Of a stretch of DNA of 64,000 nt, positions 1-10,335 are shown one piece after another. The translations under genes and the position numbers were made by a program. The notes under the pieces are model-generated. The model saw only the letters and a list, made by a program, of their open reading frames with translations. It had not been told where the DNA came from and did not search any database. The stretch comes from Lama glama (Eukaryota): assembly GCA_028534125.1 (NCBI GenBank), contig CM052816.1:28894001-28958000 (forward strand), read 5' to 3'. The stretch's first letter is position 1, and every line of letters starts with the position of its first letter.

Positions 1-154
1 TGTTTCAACAGCCTTAGCAACTCCGACTTTACCCACTTGAGGCCACACCACACCAGCCTACTCCTCCTCTCCTAATCCTCCCCACCATGTTTCTTCTTCT
101 CCCCATAACTAACATCTAGGTGAGTATATCTTATGTATATCTTATATCTTATGT

Positions 155-330
155 TTCAAAGCATTGTGCAAATGTTTTAGCTTCACTGCTTTACTTAACC
201 CCGACTACAGCCCTGCAGGTTAGGCAGAGTCCAATCCCCACTTTACAGGTGAGGAAACTAAGGTTCCAATAAGCTAAATAACTTGCCTTACAGGAAGGTA
301 GGCATTGTTTAACCTATTGTCTCTTACCCC
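155..330 (-). mobile_element. MIR SINE fragment
   Basis: MIR core in reverse: ccccactttacaggtgaggaaactaagg...aataacttgcc. Confidence 0.75.
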
Positions 331-405
331 AAACCTGCCCTCCCAAACTTCGCTCTGTAATACTAGACTAACAGATGGCAAATGATATTTTTTTTCTTTC
401 TATAG

Positions 406-645
406 GTTCTGTCAGAATCAGTTTAACAAAGCACTTATTATGAACTAAACCACAGAAAGAGTACCCATCATGCACTATGGTAGGATATTATCTGTACTTT
501 CATCAACAACATCATTATGAAGGATCAAAACACAGTGTAGAGACATCACTGCTTATGTGCATTGACTTTTCTTGGGGTATTTCTACACGAATGCACTATT
601 AAGCATCTAATTTAATTTTAAATAAAATATTTATTTAGAGAGAGA
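406..645 (+). other. Candidate plus-strand terminal exon of a convergent transcript
   Basis: Branch point gactaac (366-372), T-rich tract tttttttttctttctatAG|G (AG at 404-405), early stops in all frames, AATAAA at 621-626. Confidence 0.3.
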
Positions 646-1775
646 GAATTCAAATTAACAATACTTATCTAGTATATGATTTAAACTAATCATGCCCAAA
701 TCATTTGGAGCTTTTGACACTGTTTCTATTCCTGGAAGCAGAATTTGGCATAAGTGTAGTCACACCAAAAGTGAATTCCTAATAGAGAAGACAAAAATAC
801 ACTACTATAAATGTTAATAGATATGAAAACTTAAGATTCCAAAATGTAGATATTTGATTTAGGTGATGCTGAAATCCATTTCCCTGGAAATAAGTAATGT
901 AGCATTAAAACATCAAAATCTGGATTTCTCTAGAACTGTTTACCACTTAGGACTTTAATGAAGATTTTTGAAAAGAAAAAATTTAACATGCATAGACCAG
1001 TTGATTTTTGGAAAGAAGGTACTATGGAGGCCTTTGGTATGCATGTGAGGAAGTAGGTCTCAGGGAAATGAAATGGTTATATTATTTGATTAAATATCAA
1101 ACTCAACCAGTCATTATATATATGACCATTCAAGTAATTTCAAAGCATAAGTATCTTCTCTGATCTGTCATATGTCTGATACTATCAATTAGATACTACT
1201 TTATTTACCCTTCCTTAAACAGTAGCAAAAGTTAATAGGTCCCTTTACTATTTCAGCATGTGTTGAACAAAAGAAATAAATATATACTTTTTCCTGGATG
1301 CTCAGTTTACAGAAAGATTCATCAATATGTTACACTAAAATGTCCTCACTGCATTTGAATTTTTCCAAAGCCAACATGGCAATAGGAAATGGTGAGCAAT
1401 TTCTCCAGAGAACACCCCATTTCCGTTCCATTGCAGTGTCATATGATAAATTGCCCAAAAGGAGCCACCTATCATTTCAAACATTAACTATCTTTAGAAA
1501 TGGAAGGAAAAATAATCTCCTAAGTTCACAAGGACATTATTCATATTCTCCTTTTTGGTTTTACATTTCACAAAAGTAAGTTCACTTTGGCTTTTAGTTT
1601 AAGATCTCAGATGTAATCACTCCCAATTTCTATTGCCCAGTTTCTACGACTGCAACCTTGACTACAGCCAACTTATTGAAGGGGAATAATACTCTGTAAA
1701 AGTTCCTCAAATAAAAAGCAGCAGGAAGAACCTTGCCTCGATCATACCAAACAATAAATTGACTCAGCCAAATTC
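610..1775 (-). other. Candidate terminal exon (short coding tail plus 3' UTR) of an unidentified minus-strand gene
   Basis: Minus acceptor ttcccatctgtaatttcAG|GAATTTGGCTGA at 1775; repeat-free AT-rich sequence; minus-strand AATAAA at 1200-1205 and 630-635. Phase 0 reads EFG*, phase 2 NLAESIYCLV*, phase 1 GIWLSQF...ETGQ*. Confidence 0.45.
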
Positions 1776-3500
1776 CTGAAATTACAGATGGGAATGTACT
1801 TACACACACACAGTAACATACAATCACACAGTCATACAGGAAACAACTGTCAACGTAGTCAAAATTGTTAGTTGGATATGTCTGAGTACAAACTAGAGAA
1901 AATAAATGTCTATGAGGTGTAGGCTCTTTGCTGTCCTTCCTACAGGCAATAATCAAGCATAAGAATGATCATATTTTCATTTCCATCAACCTGGAAATGA
2001 TACAATAAACCGAGATATGAATAAAGTTAACATGCATTCTTAGAGCCACACAATGCATTTTCTCATCAATAATCAGCATATTCGAGGTCAAAAAATCAGT
2101 TTGTATGCTTTGAAAAATTTTGTAAATCACTTTAATTTCATAATTTGAATCAAATAAATGTCATCAAGTTTACTTTCAAGATGGCTAAGTTTGGACTGTG
2201 ATAGCTGACACAATTAAAAGTGCTAAAATAATCTGAAGTTTAAGTGACTACAATTAAATGATTTCCACTGAACAGGGATTAGGACACACTGTGGGTCCTG
2301 TCAGATGACACAGAATTAAGTTGTCTACTTGGAGAAAAAATTTCAGCCTTATTTAAATTGAATCAAACTGCTGACAAGCAAATCAAAAACAATTTTCAGT
2401 TGCAACTAAAAAAGTTTGAAAGAATTATTTTCCACCTAGCATTTCTTTCCACTTTTATATATGTTGATTTTTCTCTTGAGAGAAAGCAAAAGTTCAGCAG
2501 AGCCACCTGGTTCTTCACCATGGTGTCAAGATTCCACTCGACTCCATCCTGAGTCATCTCACATAAGCAGACTTTTCTAATCTTTTCTTATTCCAAAATC
2601 CAACACAGTATCCTGCATGCATTTGTGTTTTAAAGACAGTTTCTTCAGATATTCACTCTCAAGGAGGTGAAAGACAGTCACAGGAACTTTTTAAACATTT
2701 CTGTATTCCTTTTTGACACAGATAAATAATTATTCAAGATAAACTGTTTCCTTCTTCTACGCCAACCCCACGGAGGTCTATTGCTGCAACTAGGACTTCA
2801 AAGCATTCCAAAGGTTTAGTCACTGCTGCTTTTATAAACCTTTTATTAAAAATTTTGTTTTGGATAAGACCTTCCCATACAAGGTCACAAAAATGTGTGA
2901 GTTAATTTCTGAATCATGTATTAGCTTAGTTAAGGTTGGTGTGTCTGTATTTCATAAAAGACATGAGAACAGAAATCTTACTTTTCAAATGAGTAACCCA
3001 TGATTTTTACCTATAATATTGTAACAATCTTTGTAGACAAGTGGTTCTAAGTCACCTTTCACATTTTCCTTCTTTATGTCTTACTCTAGATTATCAAACA
3101 AAATTAAAAGACACTTACTTAATTCTAATTCACACATGGGAGAGTTGAGCCCATGCTATTCTGTTCTAAAAAGTGCATAGAAGAGTACTGTTCTATGACA
3201 AGTGGCTGAAGCTCATACCTAACATGTATGTGCCAGTGAGCCCACAATGGGCTGAATCAGCTCAGATTTCCAGGTCAGGAAGGAATGGCTGTCTTGGTGC
3301 CTGGCTCTGGTCAGTATGGACCTCTAGCAAGATTAAGTTAGGTTTTCTTCTGTAAGGACAAAGTCATGAATCTTGTCCATTAAATCTGAACTTTTTCTCC
3401 TTCACAAGGAGATTCACATACCCAAAAATGAGTATTCCAAAAGATATATGCTTTTCAGTTCTACATCTTTAAAGGAGATGATGATGGTGGTGGTGGTGAT

Positions 3501-3685
3501 TGAAGTATAGTTGACTTATGATGTTGTCTTCGTTTTTGGTGTATAGTAAAGTAATTCAGTGATACATATATATACACACACACACTCGTATTTTTTTTTC
3601 ATTATAAGTTATTACAAGCTATTGAATATAGTTCCCTGTGCTACACAGTAGGACCTTGTTGTTTGTTTGTCTATTTTTGCATATC
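3501..3685 (-). mobile_element. L1 3'-end fragment, cetartiodactyl type
   Basis: tgaagtatagttgact...tattgaatatagttccctgtgctacacagtaggaccttgttg is the reverse complement of the L1 3' UTR seen at 14900-15070. Confidence 0.85.
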
Positions 3686-3713
3686 TTTAAAGAGGATTTT
3701 GAATGGTTAGAAC

Positions 3714-3738
3714 AACACACACACACACACACACACAC
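3714..3738. repeat. (CA)n microsatellite
   Basis: About 12 CA units, read directly. Confidence 0.95.
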
Positions 3739-4477
3739 CTGACTTCTAACTTCCAGAAGTCAGCACAGCAGGTAGAGAAGAACCAAGTTCTGAGTTCTGG
3801 AAATCTCCTACTTCCAGCTCAGGAAGAAGGGCCCAAAAAGCTGCAAGTTTTATGAAACTGACAAGAGTGGCTAAAATTCAGGACTTCTGGAGGCTGTTTG
3901 CTCAGCTTTCCTAAGCAAGGTTAGCTTTTTCAAGAGGCTCATGACGAAAGTCTAATTATTTAGAGACAAATGCTACACCTCAGGCTCCAGATGGTGACAA
4001 TTGCTTTAGTGTATTTTAAATGTGCTATCTTACAACAAATATAATTCAAATGAACATTTAAATCATCACTCCCTGTGGATACTTCAAAACTAAAATTCAA
4101 CAACGGCAGTTGTGTCATTGTTGAAAATAAAAAACCACCTTTAAATGATCAATTAGAACTGGTTCCTTCCAGCAGAATTTTAACCACCTCTCTTCAAAAC
4201 ATGTTTATTTTAACCATACCTGATAATGACTGTCAGACACCATCATCTCAAGAAAAGCACCACAAAATACCCCAGGACACTCCACTGGGATTTTCTAGTC
4301 GAGTCCAACTACATGCAGCCAGAATTTGAAGTCAAAGTTTTCCAAACATTGAGAAACCAAAGAATCACTTCAGGGCCAAAAAACTCTTAAAACTCCTTAG
4401 ATTATAAGGTACAACCAGCATGTGAGACTAATGGTCAGTATTAAGAAACTGTGTAGATACATGTATTTTTTCAGGAA

Positions 4478-4680
4478 GTCCTGGCTCAGCTCCTGCTACT
4501 TACTGACCTTGTAGCTCCTGTCATGTCTCTTAAGGTCTCTGAGCTTCCATTTTTTCAGCTGTAAAATTATCAGAATAAGGCCTAACTTACACAGTTGTGA
4601 AAATTAAAACAAATAATCTATTTTAAAGGTCCTTAAACATGTTAGGTCTCCAGGTTATTGTGAGATACTGCTTATTAAAT
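4478..4680 (+). mobile_element. MIR SINE
   Basis: cctggctcagctcctgctacttac...tctctgagcttccattttttcagctgtaaaat...acagttgtgaaaattaaa. Confidence 0.75.
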
Positions 4681-5446
4681 GAGGCTGAAACAAAGAGGAA
4701 GACTTACATGATCATGAAATACTCTATAAATTGTCACAAGGTAGCCAGAAATACTTCCATGGAAAACATAAGCCCATCCTTTATATCAATTAAGCAAATA
4801 GTCTCCAGGGTATTCTATACCAGCGAGAAAGAAACCAGTTTTATGATGTAAATAAATAAATATATATATACATACACAGACACACACATATATATATATA
4901 CTTTATTATGGAAAGTATACAAATCATACAGACATTATTATGAAATAGTTATGGGAATCAAAGTTAAGATAACATTTATAAGAATTGGGCAGAGAAATCT
5001 TGTTCTTTCTAGACTTGTTTCTTGCCTTAAGACCTCATAGCTACACTTGTCAAAATACTTACTTACACATCTAAAGATCATGCATTCATAGATCCCAGTA
5101 CATTTTACTTCTATATTGAAATAAGAACTCAGCCTTCTGTAATGTAAACTTTAATAAATATATCAACCAGAAGCCCATATACAAACTAATCAACAAATGT
5201 TTTATCTCCTGTGTTTTCTGCTTAGTTAAATTATATTATTATTTTTAATGTATAACTTTGTTATAAAATGAAAACAGTGTACATAATGTCACTACTTAAC
5301 TAAATGGAAACAGCTTTCAGTCATCAAAGTTAATGCTCCAAACATAAATTCACAAAAAGAATTATTTAACATTATTTACCTTTGAAATAGTGTCATCTAT
5401 GTAGAAGAACTGTTTTAATCACAGTGTTTACACAACTTTAGCTTAC

Positions 5447-5482
5447 TGGTTTAAAAATGTATTGGATTCCACTTTCTCTGGT
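5447..5482 (-). CDS. Candidate 36-nt coding exon (TRESGIQYIFKP in phase 0); alternative donor at 5380 gives a 103-nt stop-containing form
   Basis: gtgttgtgtactacAG|ACCAGAGAAAGTGGAATCCAATACATTTTTAAACCA|GTAAGC; second donor AAG|GTAAAT at 5380; unique sequence; reading phase not proven. Confidence 0.45.
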
Positions 5483-6048
5483 CTGTAGTACACAACACAT
5501 GGTTAAAGCTCTGATATTTGTGCATGAAAGATATTAACAAGATCGTCCCTCAGCCACATGCCAATGAGTCTTATGCTATTTCCTGTCTCTCGACCTGAAA
5601 AGCACCAGCTGCAGGTCTTTCATGGTGTACAGTGGGTGGTCTTCAAGGACCCTGTTGACACTTCTTCCTCAGTCACTTAATTACTGGATTCTTCTAGAAA
5701 CAGTGAAGATTCCTTTCCTTGATGTGCAAATATTTTCTTGGAGTCCTATTATGGCAGGTCCTCCACAGAGCAGGTCAACTTCTTGACGTACCCAGAGAGC
5801 TAATGTTTGTACCTCCTTCTTTTGCCTAGTTTAGAATCACAGAAAACCCAGCCTTTCCTCCATAGGAGACATTAACAGAAGGAAGATGTAGTTAGGCCAT
5901 CCTGCAATCCCCTGACATTTCTTTCTCCAGTGGCACAGGATGGGTCCAGAGATTCTGGACCTCAACAAATAACCTGTGAGAAAAGACTTGGTAGCTCTCC
6001 AATACTACCTATTGAAGCCAAGCATCAGCAACTGTATGTTAAAATCAT

Positions 6049-6230
6049 AGTCAGTTCTGCCATATGCTTATTTTGAAAATGCAAATGTGTTCAAAATGAT
6101 TGATATGTTAGGGAATCACTTGAGCATGACACAACTTTTGCATTTGATTACACAGAAATTCATTTGTGATAAATATTAGATGTTCACACTCTGGAACTGA
6201 GCCATGTAGGAATCCACAAATATCCTCAAA
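6049..6230 (+). mobile_element. Tigger13a-like DNA transposon fragment (TcMar-Tigger)
   Basis: agtcagttctgccatatgcttattttgaaaatgcaaatgtgttcaaaatgattgatatgttagggaatcacttgagcat matches the recalled Tigger13a 5' end with CpG decay. Confidence 0.65.
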
Positions 6231-6264
6231 TTTCAACCTCAAATCTTCAAGCCAGGATTACCCA

Positions 6265-6740
6265 CTCATTCATTATGTAGCATATTTTAACATCAAATTT
6301 AATGAACATTTATTATGCTTTTTCTACCAAGCACTGTAGTAGGCACTGGTGATCAAGGGTTACTCTGTGGTCATGAAATTCATGAACTGATGCAAAATCT
6401 CCTGATAACTATTTTTGTAACAATGATTACTCAATTATGATTGTGTTAAGTGCTATGAAGGGAAAGTGCATGATGTCAGGAGAATGTATTATAGGAAGCT
6501 CCAATCTAATTTGGGGGCTATAGTTCAAGGGAAATCAGAGAAAGCTGCCTTGAGAAAGTGACCTTAAAGCTGAGATGGCAAAAGTGAATAAAAGTTAGCA
6601 CAACAGAGGATATGAATGATACAAAATGTATGGTACATGGGAAGGCTCTGAAGTAAAAAGAAGTCTGACCCTCTAAGGAATAGAGAGTAAGCCAGTTTGG
6701 CAGAAGCATAGAAAGCAAAAAGAATTATGGCATGATAAGC
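6265..6740 (-). mobile_element. L2 LINE 3' region
   Basis: cattcatt...gaacatttattatgc...caagcactgtagtaggcactgg...aagtgctatgaagggaaa...gagaaagtgaccttaaagctgaga. Confidence 0.75.
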
Positions 6741-6743
6741 AAA

Positions 6744-6840
6744 TGTAGTAGATTCAATGGTGGGCCCCCAAAAGATATGTCCACCCTGAAACCTGTGAAT
6801 GTGATTTCATTTGGAAAATGGGTCTTTGTCGATTTAATTA
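6744..6840 (+). mobile_element. MLT1 (MaLR) LTR 5' fragment, cut off by the adjacent L1
   Basis: tgtagtagattcaatggtgggcccccaaaagatatgtcc...cctgtgaatgtgatttcatttggaaaatgggtctttg. Confidence 0.8.
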
Positions 6841-6849
6841 TGCAATGAA

Positions 6850-9305
6850 TGATATACCAATAACCTACTGAGATTTACCTGCAGGATGCAAGAGTGGTTT
6901 GACATATGCAAATCAACACATATGATATGCCACATTAACAGAATGAAGAATAAAAATCATATGATCATCTCAACAGATGGAGAAAAAGCATTTGACAATA
7001 TTCAACATCCTCTCATGATAAAAAAATCTTTCAACAAATTGAGTAGAGAAGGAATTTACATCAACATTAAAAAGGTCATATATCACAAGCCAATACTCAT
7101 GGGTAAATAGCATCAAAAACAATAAAATCCTTAGGAATAAATTTAATCAAGGAGGTAAAAGGTCTATACGCTGAAAATTATAAGCACCCATGAAAGAAAT
7201 TAAAGAAGTCACAAACAAATGGAAAGATCCTGAGTTCATGGACTGAAGATTTAATACTGCTAAAATGCCCATATCTCTCAAATTATGTTCAGATTCAATG
7301 CAATACCTCTCAAAATTCTAATGGCATTTTCTACAGAAATAGAAAAACAATCCAAAAATCCACATGGAAGCACAACAGACTCTGATAGCCAAAGCAAGCC
7401 TGAGGGAGAAAAACAAAGTTGGAAGCATCACATTCCTGATTTCAAACTATATTACAAACTGATAGTAATCAAAAGAGCACAATATTGGTATAAAAATAGA
7501 CACATATGCCAATGAAATTGAGGGCTCAGAAATAAAGCCACCAAGAACACAAAAGGAAAGGATAGTTTCTTCAGTAAATGGTGCTGGGAAAACCAGATAT
7601 TTGTTTGCAAAAGAAAAAAATTCAAACTCCTCTATTAAACCACTCACAAAAATTAATTCAACATGAATTAAAGACTTAATGTAAGACTCAAAGCCATAAA
7701 GCTCCTTGAAAAAGCAGGAAAAAATTTCCTCAACATCAGTCTTGGTAATGATTTTTTTTTCTTGATGTGACAACAAAAGCACAGGCAACAGAAGCAAAAA
7801 TAAAGAAAATAATTTGTACTTCTCTGTTCTGAGTACTGTCCATGATTTTTATAGATCCATTTCTAAGTATTAGATAATTTGAGATTCTAATACAACTAAT
7901 TTCTTTTAAAAACATTTATTTTCTAATTGTTTCTAGTCTAGAGTTCCACAATTAATTTTCTATATTGCCCTTTTATTCTGTATATTTGCAAAATTATCTT
8001 ATAAGATCTATTAGTTTATCTGCAAATTTGGGGGATTTTTCTATATACAAATTTTGTCATCAGTACATAATAAAATCACTCCCCCAAAATAAAAATAAAT
8101 ACAAAAAATAAACAAATGGGACTACATCAAACTAAAAATCTTTTGCACGCAAAGAAAATAATCAACAAAGTGAAAAATCAACCTAGGAAATGGAAGAAAA
8201 TATTTGGCAAACCAAATACCTAATAAAGGGTTAAATATCCAAAATACATAAGGAATTCATACAACTCAATAGCCAAAAACCAAATTACCAGGTTAAAAAA
8301 TGAGCAAAGGACCAGAACATTTTTCCAAAGAGGGTAAACAAATGAGTAACAGTTACATGAAAAGGTCCTCAGCATCATTAATCATCAGAGAAATGTACAT
8401 CAAAACCACCATGAATTATCATCTCACATCTATTAGGATGGCTATCACCAAAAAGACAAGAGGTCACAAGTGTTGACAAGGATGTAGAGAAAAAGGAACA
8501 CTTGTGCACTATTGGTGGAATATAAATTGGTACAGCCACTGTGGAAAATAGTACGCAAGTCCCCCTGCCCAAAAAATTAAATATAGAACTACAATATGAT
8601 CCAGCAACCTCATTTCTGTGTATATATCCAAAGGAAACAAAAACAGTATCTCAAAGGGATCTCTGTACTCCCACGCTTATTGCAGTATTATATATGACAG
8701 TCAGGATATGGAAATAACCCTAGTGTTTGCTGACTGATGAATCAATAAAGAAAATGTTGTGTATACATGTATGTAGATAGACACACACACACACACACAG
8801 TGGATTATTATTCAACTATAAATAAGAAGGAAATCTTGTTATTTGCGACAACATGGATGAAGCTGGAAGGTGTTATGCTAAGAGAAATAAACCACACAGT
8901 GAAAAAGAAATATTGAATAATGTCACCTATATGGGTAACCTAAAAATGTCAAATTCAGAGAAACAGGGAGTCAACTGGTGATTGCCAGGGACTGTGGGTG
9001 GGGAAAATGGGGAGATGAGATGTCTATATTCTAAGGATCTAATGTACAGCATGGTGACTATGGTTAATAAAAATATATTAAATTCCTGAAATAGGCTAAA
9101 AAAAGATCTTAATTGTTCTCATCACACACACAAAAAGTTGTAACCATGTGAGGTGACAGATGTATTAATTACCTTGACAGCAAGTAATCATTTCACAATG
9201 TATAAGGATAAAAAATCATCATGTTGAATCTTAAATATATGTGTGTGTGTATATATACATATATGTGATTTTGTCAATTATACTTCAAAAAATCTGGGAA
9301 AAATA
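6850..9305 (+). mobile_element. 5'-truncated L1 (L1MA8/9-like), decayed ORF2 plus 3' UTR, with an internal deletion near 7100 and an insert at 7805-8112
   Basis: ORFs [42 protein letters not shown] and FRFNAIPLKI...PDFKLYYK are L1 ORF2; 3' UTR ends tgtcaattatacttcaaaaaatctgggaaaaataa. Confidence 0.92.
7805..8112 (+). other. Polyadenylated retro-insert made of old antisense L1 (L1ME-like) sequence
   Basis: Interrupts host L1 at gcaaaaataaa|caaatgggactac; AATAAA at 8069-8074, A-rich tail 8086-8112; body reads as diverged reverse L1 ORF2. Confidence 0.55.
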
Positions 9306-9479
9306 AGAAGCTAGTAATTTTGTACATGAGATGATCAATGTGCAAACACTTAATGAAAAATAACATGCTATACACATACCAGGGATTATTATGATGAAAA
9401 TTAACTAAACTAATTATTCCAATTTCCTAGCTTCCAAACAACCACAGTTTAGTTTTTATTATCTGCTCTTCCTCAGTCT

Positions 9480-10110
9480 CCTCAGACCTCAAACCTTACC
9501 ACTTTTGGTTCCTCAACCCAGACTCTTAGTAGGCAGCCTGTCTGCTAATACAGAAAGAAAATAAAAGTTCTAATATAACACTACTTAAAAGGCAACCAAA
9601 TCTATAAGCCTAATAAACCTCTCCTCTTTCCTTCTCAATAATAGCTAGTTTCTCCATCAATGTTCTATTACACTTGATGCCTTGTCAGAAATCCCATGCT
9701 GGTGATTATGCTTGTATCTTGAAACTTTCTGCCCATGTTGGGTCATTCTTATAAGTCCCTAAAAATATTCTGGCTCTTTGTCATAAATACAGCCTTGGCC
9801 AGAACAATAATTACAATCACAGTGAAAATCACTCTCCCTAGAACTATGTTTCCTGTCCATGTACTTCCCTGATTACCCCTCCCCTACACTGCCAAACTTC
9901 CCAAAAGAGTCATCTATGTGCCTTGTTTCCAATTTCTCAATTCTTTTTCAGTCCACCATTTAACCTGCCATGGAGCTACCACTGTTCTCTATATTACAAA
10001 GGACCCCAGTGTCACCAGGATGCCATAAACAATAAAGCCTGTTCAGTTCTCATCTCACTTGACTTCTCAAAAGTCTTTGACACACTCACTTGTCTTCTAT
10101 TCTTTGCCTT
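9480..10110 (+). mobile_element. L2 LINE internal (RT) fragment
   Basis: ORF 9923 contains SVLISLDFSKVFDTL, the L2/CR1 RT motif LILLDLSAAFDTV; pyrimidine-rich L2-like flank. Confidence 0.75.
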
Positions 10111-10189
10111 CAGGGAGGGAGAAGAAGTAGGTGTCAGCCTTCCTCAATCAAAACACAAAAGAACAAAACTGTACTGTGCCATATAAAAA

Positions 10190-10335
10190 CACCATGGAGA
10201 AAAATAGAACAGACAGTATTTAATCCTATTTTTACACATAAGTAAATTGAGAATTAGAGAGTTAAATTCATTTGTCCAAGATTACAAAATGCATGAATAG
10301 CTGAAACTGATGTTTGAATCTAACTCAGGTGTGGT
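10190..10335 (-). mobile_element. MIR SINE
   Basis: atcctatttttacacataagtaaattgag...gttaaattcatttgtccaagattaca. Confidence 0.7.

Noticed and set aside
1630..1956. 108-aa minus ORF as a standalone gene
   Set aside because: It has a non-ATG start, its 5' half runs through TG-rich intron-like sequence and crosses a splice acceptor at 1775; at most the 3' part is exonic.
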